A stretch of 64,000 bases of DNA from positions 25,204 to 89,203 of the forward strand of contig CAWJRT010000017.1 in assembly GCA_963845325.1 (NCBI GenBank). Reading direction: 5' to 3'. Below, piece by piece: positions 11,246-21,651 of this stretch (positions within the stretch are counted from its first letter, which is position 1; each line of letters begins with the position of its first letter). The notes under the pieces were generated by a model. The model made no database searches, was not told the DNA's origin, and saw only the letters and a list, made by a program, of their open reading frames with translations. A program made the translations under genes and the position numbers. The DNA comes from an uncultured Spirochaetota bacterium (lineage in GTDB: Bacteria; Spirochaetota; Spirochaetia; SZUA-6; Fen-1364).

Positions 11246-13180
11246 ATGACGACAATGCACCGACTGCGGCGAATCATGCTCGTGTCCCTGGCCGCAGTTC
11301 TGGTCGGCTCAGGCGCGTGGTCGCAGGGATTCACGTCGAAGGCCGTCGATGCTGATGAGAAGGCGATGGCGGCGGAAAAGCGGCCCGGATTTGCGAGCCC
11401 CGCCGTTCAAGACAAGGGCCTTGTCGTCCCCGGTCTGCCGGAAAAACTCGCCTGGTTCACCAGCCGGCCGGGCATCTTCGGCTCACCGCGCGCAAAGCAG
11501 GGAGGCACCTTCCGAGGGTACATCGCGGAGTTCCCGGACACGTTCCGCACTGTCGGCCCCAACGCCAACGGGGCCTACCGGCCGTATTTCACAACGAGCC
11601 CCGGCCTGGTTGACAACAACTCGGAGACCAAGGAATGGATGCCCGCCATGGCAACCGACTGGGCCTTCGGCGCCGATGGCCGGAGCGTCTACTTCAAGCT
11701 CAACGAAAAGGCGCGCTGGACGGACGGGACGCCCGTCACATCGGCGGACTATACCTTCATGTTCGCAATGATGCGAAGCCCCGACATCCAGGATCCATGG
11801 TACAACGAGTACTACACGAAGCAGGTCGTCGACGTGAAAGCATTCGGCGACTTCGTCATCAGGATCCAGGCCGGTGTTCCCATGGCGCGGGACGATCTCC
11901 TGATGAATGTGAACCTTTCACCGCGGCCGAGGCACTTCTACGGCGGAGTCATCAAGAAGGACTGGGTTGACGCATACCAGTGGACCTTCGAGCCCACCGC
12001 CGGGCCATACTACCTTGACACCTTCAAGAAGGGCGAGTCGATGATCTTCCGAAAAGTGAAGGACTGGTGGGGCTACCAGTACGACAACAACCGCTACCGT
12101 TTCAACGTCGAAACGCTCGAGTTCCGCGTGATCACGGGCGGAAACGACATCGTGCGGAACTACTTCTACAACGGAGAAATAGACTCCTACCCGCTCATCG
12201 TTCCCCAGGAGTGGGCTGATGCCGAGAGCCATGACCCGGTCAAGAGAGGACTCGTCGACCGCCAGTACAATTTTTACGTGCCTCTCACCGGCGTTTCCGG
12301 CATCGTCCTCAACGTCAAGGATCCCCTTTTTGCCGACATCAATGTCCGCAAGGGGTTGTACTACACAATCAACATGCAGAAGATGATCGACACGGCGCTG
12401 CGGGGCGAGTACAGCAGGTATCACAACATCGGCCTTGCGCATGTTTTTGCCGGCATTTCCTTCGACGATGACAGCATCAGGAAGCCCGAGTTCGACCCGG
12501 CAAAGGCCGGGGAGCTCTTTGCGGCTGCAGGGTACTCCGGCTTCGGCCCTGACGGGATCCGCCGCAATGCAAAGGGAGACCGTCTTTCCTTTGAGCTGCT
12601 CTACCAGTCGCCCAACCACACGGAGCGGCTCTCGGTTCTGAAGGAAGAGGCAAAGAAGTCGGGACTGGAGATCCAGCTCAAGCTCATGCAGCAGGGATCG
12701 TTCACCGCGGTCCGGGAGAAGAAGTTCCAGGCGTGGTGGGGCGGAATGTCCACGAGCCTCTACGACGACTACTGGGAGTATTTCCACTCAAAAAACGCCG
12801 CGGAGACGCAGACCAACAATTTCTGGGGCTACGCGGACAAGGACATGGACAAGCTCCTGGACTCCTTCAGGAGCGAGAGCAGCCTCGAGAGGAAGGCGGC
12901 GCTTGACCGGCAGATCCAGCGAAAAGTGGACCAGGCTGCGCTCGTCATCCCGAACTACTACGTGCCCTACTGGCGCGGTGCGGCATGGAAGTGGATCCGA
13001 TTCCCGTCGTGGCTTTCCCTGAAATACTTCGACGACTTCTACGACCCCTTCTCCGGCACCACGGGCTACACGGGCTACTTCTGGGTGGATAATGACATCA
13101 GGAAAGAAGTCATCGATGCGCAGCGCGGCGGCAAGTCATACGCGCCTCGCATCTTCAAGGACGAGACGAACAGGAAGTAG
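11246..13180 (+). CDS. Peptide ABC transporter substrate-binding protein (family 5, YejA-like)
   Basis: Signal peptide; AKQGGTF, ARWTDGTPVTSADYTF, GPYYLD motifs of family-5 solute-binding proteins. Confidence 0.9.
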   Translation: MTTMHRLRRIMLVSLAAVLVGSGAWSQGFTSKAVDADEKAMAAEKRPGFASPAVQDKGLVVPGLPEKLAWFTSRPGIFGSPRAKQGGTFRGYIAEFPDTFRTVGPNANGAYRPYFTTSPGLVDNNSETKEWMPAMATDWAFGADGRSVYFKLNEKARWTDGTPVTSADYTFMFAMMRSPDIQDPWYNEYYTKQVVDVKAFGDFVIRIQAGVPMARDDLLMNVNLSPRPRHFYGGVIKKDWVDAYQWTFEPTAGPYYLDTFKKGESMIFRKVKDWWGYQYDNNRYRFNVETLEFRVITGGNDIVRNYFYNGEIDSYPLIVPQEWADAESHDPVKRGLVDRQYNFYVPLTGVSGIVLNVKDPLFADINVRKGLYYTINMQKMIDTALRGEYSRYHNIGLAHVFAGISFDDDSIRKPEFDPAKAGELFAAAGYSGFGPDGIRRNAKGDRLSFELLYQSPNHTERLSVLKEEAKKSGLEIQLKLMQQGSFTAVREKKFQAWWGGMSTSLYDDYWEYFHSKNAAETQTNNFWGYADKDMDKLLDSFRSESSLERKAALDRQIQRKVDQAALVIPNYYVPYWRGAAWKWIRFPSWLSLKYFDDFYDPFSGTTGYTGYFWVDNDIRKEVIDAQRGGKSYAPRIFKDETNRK

Positions 13181-13185
13181 AGGGG

Positions 13186-14175
<990 letters not shown>

Positions 14176-14179
<4 letters not shown>

Positions 14180-14960
14180 TTCCGAATGCCCTGGTTGAAA
14201 CCAGCGGTCTTTCCGTGCGTTTTGCCCAGGCAAGATTCAGCGGCCGCTCGATTGTGCATGCATTGAAGGACGTGAGCCTGGCGGTCTCTCCGGGGGAAAC
14301 GCTGGGCGTCGTCGGGGAAACCGGCTGCGGCAAAAGTACCCTCTGCCGATGTGTCGTCCGTCTGTACCGGCCAAGCAGCGGAAAGGTGTTCTTCAATGGA
14401 ATGGATATCAGCGCGGTCCGGAGCGGAAGCTGGGCGGCCTGCGCCGCGCCGTGCAGATGATCTTCCAGGACCCCGCCGACTCCCTGAACCCGCGCCTGCC
14501 GGTGGGATCCATCATCGAGGAGCCTCTGCTCATCCAGCGCACGTTCGGGGCAGCCGAGCGCCGCCGGCGGACAGCCTCCCTGCTCGACGAGGTTGGTCTC
14601 CCCCGAAGCGCCGCGGAAAGGTACCCGCACGAGTTCTCCGGCGGCCAGCGCCAGAGGATCGCGATTGCCCGAGCCCTCGCGCTTAAGCCGTCGCTCCTGG
14701 TGTGCGACGAGCCGGTCAGCGCGCTGGACGTCTCCATCCAGGCCCAGATCCTGAACCTGCTCCTGGACCTTCAGCAGGAGTACGGGCTGGCCATGATCTT
14801 CGTCTCCCACGACCTTTCGATTGTCCGGCACATGTCCGATCGAGTAGCGGTGATGTACAGGGGCGAGGTCGTCGAGCTTGCCCCATCGGAAGAGATCTAC
14901 AGAAATCCGCAGCATGATTATACGCGCGCGCTGCTTGCTTCCATCCCGGGATCCGGATAA
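14176..14960 (+). CDS. Peptide ABC transporter ATP-binding protein, OppF/DppF-like (frameshift near 14420)
   Basis: GETGCGKST in ORF 14176..14460; [24 protein letters not shown] in ORF 14349..14960. Confidence 0.88.
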
Positions 14961-14980
14961 AAAAGGCTCTTTCACCAGGA

Positions 14981-15034
14981 TTGCTTCCAGTGCACGATAT
15001 GTGTTACACTTTCTAAATGAAATTACATTTCGTG
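14981..15034 (+). promoter_or_regulatory. Sigma-70-type promoter of the regulator overlapped by two CAC-N5-GTG operator-like boxes
   Basis: TTGCTT(14981)-18 nt-TACACT(15005) with extended TG; boxes CACGATATGTG 14993-15003 and TACATTTCGTG 15024-15034. Confidence 0.6.
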
Positions 15035-15041
15035 GTTGATA

Positions 15042-15968
15042 ATGGCTGACTTTTCGACAAGACTGCGACAGCTTCGAAAAGAGAGCGGGCTTCGACAAAA
15101 GGACCTGGCGGATGCCTTCGGCACCGCCCAGACTACCATCGCGAACTACGAGAACAAGCTGCGATTTCCCGACGAGCCGATGCTCGGCAGGTTTGCCGAG
15201 TACTTCGACGTATCCCTTGATTACCTGCTGGGGCGAAGTGACGCAAAGCGCAAAACGCGGGAGTGGGTGCCGGAAAACAGGGAGCCGCCGGAGACGCCGC
15301 TTCCGTCGTCAAGCGATGCCGCGCGGTACCTCGACCTGGTTCGTCAGGGCGGCAGCGACGAGGCAGCGCAGCTCATCGAGAGTCTTTCCCGGGGCGCGCT
15401 GGGGATCCGAAGGACGTACCTTGAAGTCCTCGAGCCAGCGTTGAAGGAAGTAGGCCGGTTGTGGGCTCACGGAAAAATCTCGGTGGGTGAGGAGCACATG
15501 GTCAGCCAGGCCACCGAACGAATCATGTCCCGGATCTATTCACAGGAAGGAACGCCTCGCGCAGCATCCGGCGAGGCCAGCTGCTGCGTCATGGCGGTTT
15601 CCAGCGAGCAGCACCTGATCGGTCCACGCATGGTGTCTGATTTCCTGCGACTTGACGGCTGGAGCGTCCAGTTCCTCGGCGGAAACCTGGGGATCAGGCA
15701 CCTCCTGGAGGTGCTGGCGGCACGGCCCGTGAACCTCCTGGCAGTTTCCGTCACTTCTCGGAACAACGTCACGGAGGCGGCTGATCTCATCGCGTCCGTC
15801 AGGGAGAAGGACTTCCTGAAAGAGACCCGCGTCATCGCGGGAGGCCAGGCCCTCCAATCCAGGCCCGACTTGTGGGAGGAGATCGGAGCGGACGGGACCG
15901 GCCGTGACGCGGAATCAGCGGTAGTGACCGCAGACGAGCTCATTCGAAAGCGGCTCCCCCTCCACTGA
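15042..15968 (+). CDS. XRE-family HTH regulator fused to a cobalamin-binding (CarH/LitR-type) domain
   Basis: N-terminal LRQLRKESGLRQKDLA...TIANYEN...VSLDYLLGRS (HTH_3); W-x9-EH motif (WAHGKISVGEEH); E-x-H-x-x-G motif (SEQHLIG); Rossmann strands LLAVSVT and VIAGGQA. Confidence 0.88.
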   Translation: MADFSTRLRQLRKESGLRQKDLADAFGTAQTTIANYENKLRFPDEPMLGRFAEYFDVSLDYLLGRSDAKRKTREWVPENREPPETPLPSSSDAARYLDLVRQGGSDEAAQLIESLSRGALGIRRTYLEVLEPALKEVGRLWAHGKISVGEEHMVSQATERIMSRIYSQEGTPRAASGEASCCVMAVSSEQHLIGPRMVSDFLRLDGWSVQFLGGNLGIRHLLEVLAARPVNLLAVSVTSRNNVTEAADLIASVREKDFLKETRVIAGGQALQSRPDLWEEIGADGTGRDAESAVVTADELIRKRLPLH

Positions 15969-16001
15969 GATGAGCCTGCGAGAGGCCGATTTATTGGCAA
16001 T

Positions 16002-16104
16002 CACATTATGTGTACAAAAGTAGTTGATACCGGGCCGGAGATTAATATTTTCAGTATATTTATTGACTTTTAAGAGACAATCCATGATCATAACACATAT
16101 CGTG
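16002..16104 (+). promoter_or_regulatory. AT-rich promoter of the ABC operon with two CAC-N5-GTG operator-like boxes
   Basis: Boxes CACATTATGTG 16002-16012 and CACATATCGTG 16094-16104; TTGACT at 16063 with a weak -10 (GATCAT) 17 nt downstream. Confidence 0.6.
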
Positions 16105-16121
16105 ATGCAAGGGGTTATGAA

Positions 16122-16811
16122 ATGAGCGTCGTGGAAATTGTCGATGTGAAGAAACATTACATGCTTGGCGATACCCGGGTGGACGCCCTCCGCGGGGTAT
16201 CCCTGAAAATCGAGAAGGGAGAGTTCGTTGCAATTGCCGGCCCCTCGGGCTCGGGCAAGAGCACGATCCTCAACATGATCGGCTGCATCGACAGCCCGTC
16301 GGACGGGCTGGTGATGATCGAAGGCACCGAGGTGGAACACCTCAGCGACACCGAGCTCACACGCTACCGCCGGAACAAGATCGGGTTCATCTTCCAGTCC
16401 TTCAACCTGATCCCCGTGCTGAATGTATACGAGAACATCGAGTTCCCGCTCCTGCTCAGGCGAAACCTCTCCCGCAAGGAACGGGAAAAGATCGTCACGC
16501 GCTTCGTGGAGGAGGTCGAGCTCTCCGACCGGCTGAAGAACAAGCCCAACGAGCTTTCCGGAGGCCAGCGGCAGCGTGTGGCAATCGCGCGGGCGCTCGT
16601 GACCAACCCCCTGATCATCCTCGCTGACGAGCCCACGGCGAACCTTGACAGCGCCACGGGGCACAGGATCATCGAGCTGATGAAGACGATCAACGAGGTG
16701 GAGAAGACGACCTTGATCTTCTCCACGCACGACACTCACATCATGGAGCACGCCCGTCGCGTGGTGAACCTCCGGGACGGGCTGGTCACCGGCGTCGAGT
16801 CCCGGGGGTAA
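16122..16811 (+). CDS. ABC transporter ATP-binding protein, LolD/MacB family
   Basis: [50 protein letters not shown]. Confidence 0.92.
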   Translation: MSVVEIVDVKKHYMLGDTRVDALRGVSLKIEKGEFVAIAGPSGSGKSTILNMIGCIDSPSDGLVMIEGTEVEHLSDTELTRYRRNKIGFIFQSFNLIPVLNVYENIEFPLLLRRNLSRKEREKIVTRFVEEVELSDRLKNKPNELSGGQRQRVAIARALVTNPLIILADEPTANLDSATGHRIIELMKTINEVEKTTLIFSTHDTHIMEHARRVVNLRDGLVTGVESRG

Positions 16812-16814
16812 GCG

Positions 16815-18204
16815 ATGATCACGGTAAAGATCGCACTCCGGTCACTCGCCCGGCGCAAGGGCCGCATGGCCCTCATCGCGCTCCTTGTAGCCTTCGGGAC
16901 CCTCCTGCTGGTGTACGGCACTACGCTCACGCGCTCCGCGGCCACTGCTTCGCGCAACTCGATCATCCGCAACTTCACGGGAGACTTCATCGTCTACGCC
17001 GCGAAGTCGCGCGAAATTCCCTCGCCGTTCGCCTTCAACACGCCCCTGCCGGTCGTGCCGAACCTGGACAAGCTGACGGCGTACCTGTCGGCGCAGCCCG
17101 AGGTGCAGACCGTGGTTCCCTACGCACAGAACTACGCTCTTCTTTCCCTGGACCTGAAGGGCTCCAAGGTGGACGTGCCGTTCGTCTTCTACGCCGTGCC
17201 GCCGGCGGAGTACGCGAAGACCTTTCCCAACGTGAAGATGGTGGAGGGAGATTTTCTCACAAGCGGCGGCGGGATCCTCATCAGCCGCTACCAGAACGAC
17301 CACTACGAAAAGCGCTACGGCGTGCGGCTTTCCGTCGGCCAGGAGGTCACGGTCCTGGGGTTGAGCGACGGCGGCGGCGTGAACGCGTACCCCACGAAGG
17401 TGCGGGGGATCTTCGAGCCCCTCTACTACAAGAACGTCTTCGATTACATCAACTTCATGGACATGGCCTCCTACTCCCAGGTCTTCAACTTCACCGGGGT
17501 GGCCCGCGGCTCGCTTCCGGAGGCCCTGGACAAGGGGCTGGAGGCCGCGCAGCAGAGCGAGGACAACATCTTCGCGCTGGCAGGGCCGGCCGGCGCCGCC
17601 ATTGACACCTCGAAGCTGAAGTCGGAGTCCATCTCGGGATATACCATGGTCGCCGTGCTCCTGAAAGACCGCGCCGCGGCCCCCGCGCTCCGCGCACGGC
17701 TCGCCGCCCAGGGCCTGGAGGTGAAGACCTCGCCCTGGGACGAGGCCTCGGGGTTCTTCGCGCGCGTCGCCTCCGCCCTGCAGGCATTCATCTGGTTCGC
17801 CACCGGCCTGATCTTCCTCGTTGTGGCCTTCATCTTCATGAATACGCTCATCATCAGCATCATCGAGCGCACCGCCGAGATCGGCACCATGCGGGCTCTT
17901 GGCGGCGAGAAGAGCTTCATCCGGCGGATCTTTCTCTCAGAGACCCTCATCTTGAACCTTGCCGCCTGCCTGGTCGGCATGGCCGTCGGGCTCGTGCTCG
18001 TGCTGGTGACTCGCGTCCGGCCTGCCGCTGCCGGACACGATCTCGCAGTACCTTATCGGCGGCGGTCCGCTTCCCCTGGTCCTGAGCCTGGGCCCGTTCG
18101 TGACGGCCCTCGTCGTGGTGACCGCCGTTTCGGCGATCGCCACCATCCTCCCGATTCGCCTTGCCACGCGCATCACGCCGCTGGCCGCCATGAACGATCG
18201 ATAG
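16815..18204 (+). CDS. FtsX/LolE-like ABC permease 1 (frameshift near 18010)
   Basis: One N-terminal TM helix, large periplasmic domain, IIERTAEIGTMRALG motif; last TM and ITPLAAMNDR-stop in the shifted frame. Confidence 0.85.
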
Positions 18205-18214
18205 GAGCACGGCA

Positions 18215-19541
18215 ATGTGGTTCTACTTCTCCGTCGCCCTGAAAAACGTCTTCCGTCAGAAAAGGCGGTCTTTCACCCTCGGCATCAACTACGCGGTGGT
18301 CACCTTCATCCTGGTGCTGCTGTTCTCCTTCTCCCAGGGGGCGATCAGGAACATCTCCACCAACCTCGTGCGGTCCACGGCAGGTCACATCACCATCTCC
18401 GGCTCGTACACCGCTTCGGGGCGCGTGTTCCTCGGGGTCCGCCGCTCTGCCGAGATTGCCGCCGCGGTCCGGCAGGTCTTCGGAGGGACGGTGAAGATCA
18501 TCCCGCGGTACGTCGTGCGGTCCGCGCTGTACTACAAGGGCATCTCGAAAAGACTGGATTTCACGGGCATCAACACCACGCTGGACTCCGCCTTGAAGGG
18601 GCAGCTGCAGTTCGTGAAGGGCGGCTGGGAGGAGTTTGCCGCCGCTTCCAACGGGGTCATCCTGCCGAAGGACGTGGCGGACTACTTCAGCCTCTCCCTG
18701 GACGATGAGATCGTGGTGGCCGCCCGCGCGCGGCTCGGCGCGTTCAACACGGGCACGCTGAAGGTGAAGGCGATCTACGAATCGGTGAACTTTTTTGCCC
18801 AGGGTCTCGTCCTCTGCCAGCTGCCCTTCACCCGGGCCCTCGACCTGGGGGAGACAGGACACCTCCTCGGCCCTGTACCTGTACTTCCCCGACACCGGCA
18901 ACCTGAACCTCAAGCGCAGCCAGCTTTCGGCGGAGCTGGTGCGGCGGGGTTTCGAGGTGAACAAGCCCGCTGACGCCTCCGCGGCAATTGATGCGGTCAC
19001 ATCGGCCTCCCCCACGTACAAGGCGGACAGCTCGGGTGCGGATTCCAACCGGCTTACTCTCTCCACGATCGACGAGGCGGTGAGCATCGTGACGATCATC
19101 TCCTCCGTCGTGAACGCGGTCGGCGCAGTTGTCGCGCTCATCATGCTGTTCATCATCGCCGTGTCGATATTCATCAACCTCCGTATGACCATCAACGAGC
19201 GGCTGCGGGAGATCGGCACGATGCGCACTATCGGCCTGGGATCGGGCGGGATCACGCTGCTGTTCATGATCGAGAGTGTCCTCCTCGCGCTGCTCTTCAG
19301 CCTCATCGGTGTGGCCGCTGCGCTCGTGGTGGCGGGGATCCTGGTCACGCTGGTTCCAGTGCCGGCAATCGGGGCCATGGCGCTGTTCCTGGACAAGGGC
19401 CACGTGGTGCTCATCCCGCGGGCGGGCGACGTGGCGGGAGTCGTGCTGTTGATCGCCGTCTTCTCCGCTGTGTTCTCGTTCTTCCCCGCCCGTCGAGGAG
19501 GGAAGATCAGGCCGGTGGACGCGCTGACGCGGATATTCTGA
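18215..19541 (+). CDS. FtsX/LolE-like ABC permease 2 (frameshift near 18850)
   Basis: ALKNVFRQKRRS N-terminus; INERLREIGTMRTIG; ends PARRGGKIRPVDALTRIF. Confidence 0.85.
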
Positions 19542-19558
19542 AAAAGGGAGTCGCAACC

Positions 19559-20331
19559 ATGAGGAGCTCTGTTCGAAGGACGATGGTTCTCCTGTTCCTG
19601 GCGGCGGCCGCAGCGCTGGCGTTTTCGGCCGCGCCCCCCGCCGACCCGGCGGCCGAGAGGATTGCCCGGGGTGGGAATCGCAGCTGAACACGGAGGGGCT
19701 TGATGTCACCGCGACATTCACCCTCGTGCAGAAAAAGCCGGGGAGACTGACCGCGTGCTGCGCGTGCAGACTTACCGTCGCGACAGCGCGGACATGTATA
19801 CGATCATCTTCCAGTATCCCGACAGCGAGAAGGGAAAGGGGTACCTGCGACGGGGCGACGACTTGTACTTTTACCTTCCTTCGACCCGGGAGTTCGTGTA
19901 CAAGAACCGCAAGGACAACATCGGGTCCACGGATGCTCGCACGGACCTTTTCGGCCGCCAGAAAGTCCTGGAACAATACACCGCCTCCTCCGCCGGCGCG
20001 GCACAGGTCTCCAAGTGGGAGTGTTCAGGTAGTGAGGCTGGACGCGAAGGTGCCGGATGTCTCTTATCCGGTCCAGAAATGGTATGTACGCAAAACCGAC
20101 GGGCTGCCCGTGAAGGTGGAAAACTTCTCTGCTTCCGAAACGCTCCTCGTGACCTACTACTTCATAGAGTACAAGAGCCTGGGAAACGGCAAGTCCCTTT
20201 TTACCAAGCTCCTTGCGGTCAACAACCTGGAACTGGGCCAGCAGACGTTCCTGACCAACGACAACATTTCCACGGCCTTCATTCCCGATTACACCTTTAC
20301 CAAGGCGTACCTCGAGGAGAAATCCCGATGA
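19559..20331 (+). CDS. LolA-like 'outer membrane lipoprotein-sorting' protein (frameshifted)
   Basis: GGGAG RBS, signal peptide MRSSVRRTMVLLFLAAAAALAFS; FQYPDSEKGKGYLRRGDDLYFYLPS, IGSTDARTDLF, IPDYTFTKAYLE across three frames. Confidence 0.75.
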
Positions 20332-21625
20332 GGCGCGTTGTGCCTGCCGCAGGCGCGGCGCTCGGCACCTCGATCGCCTTCGCGCTGGGGCTCCTGCTCA
20401 CGACCATCCCCACCGCTCATGCGCAGGATTCGGGACAGGACATGTTCGACACCTCGGCGTTCGACCAGAACGTTCAACAGAGCAAGCAGCAGGAGCAGAA
20501 AACAAGGCTGGAAACGCAGTTCGGGGGAAACCTCCTGTGGGATACGTCGGTGACGACGACCACGGATTTCAGCGGCTACGGCGGAGGGGGTTCGTTCTCC
20601 GGAAAGGCCTTCGTCAAGGTGAGCGTTCCCGATTTCGGTGCCGCCTACCTCGCCTACAACTATTCCAAGAGTCTCTACCAGGGCGCCGCCGGCACGATCC
20701 CCGGCGCCCCGTTCGGTCCCGGCGGCTCCCTCCTCGCGCAGTCCGCTGGAGACCTGTTCGGAGCAAGCTATGAGCTCTGGCGGAGTTCTACACGAGCCTT
20801 GACATCGCGCAGAAAGTGTTCTTCCGCATCGGCAACCAGCTCCTGGCGTGGGGGCCATCCGTGATCTGGACCCCCGTGGACTTCGTCAACCTCCAGCGGG
20901 TGAACCCTCTTGCCGCCCTGGACCTGCGCGTGGGCAAGCCGGGCGTGCGGATCACCGTGCCGATGGGCGTCAGCAACCTTTTCATCTTCGCCGACTTGTC
21001 AGGCACGGTGACATCAGGCACGGTCAACGACCCTGTACGGTCGACGAACCTCGCCGAGCGCTGGGACCTCACGGTCCTCGGAGTGGAGCTCGCCGTCACG
21101 GGCATCACCGGCTTCGGGATCCAGAGCCAGGCCGGCTTCGACTTCTCCGGCAGGCTGCTTGGCTTCGACCTGTACGGCGAGCTCACCGCGGGCATTCCGA
21201 CCGGCAACGCGGCGTTCACCTGGGCATCGTCCCTGGGCTTCCAGAGGTCCTTCGGGGATCTGAGCTACTGGAGCGTTGCAGGGGAGCTCTTCTACAACGA
21301 CGCCGGAACCGCGGACATCTCCGGCTATCCTGCCCTGGCCGCGGCGCAGGCGTTCACTCCTTTCTACGTGGGCAAGGTGTATTCTTACGCCGCGCTGACA
21401 CGAAGCCACCTGCTCATCGACGGTGTGAGCGCGACGATCGCAGGCTTCGTCGACCTTTCGGACGTGTCGTTCCTCAGCCGGCTGTCAGCCTCGATCAACG
21501 TGCCCAAGGTCCCGCCGTTCACGTTCAGCCTCAGCTGGGCAGGAGGAGGCTCAAACAGGGCCTTCACGTACGTGACAGGCAACAATTCCCTGACCGCGGA
21601 GCTGCAGGTACGAGTGGAGTTCTGA
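20328..21625 (+). CDS. Probable outer-membrane beta-barrel protein (frameshift near 20780)
   Basis: Signal peptide ending AHA-Q; FRIGNQLLAWG...WTPVDFVN motif; amphipathic beta-strands; C-terminal LQVRVEF fits a BAM beta-signal. Confidence 0.7.
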
Positions 21626-21651
21626 TGCGGGGCGGTGTCACGGCGCGGTGA

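Noticed and set aside
14961-16121. Cobalamin riboswitch near the B12-binding regulator
   Set aside because: Intergenic spaces are short and AT-rich and lack the B12-box consensus.
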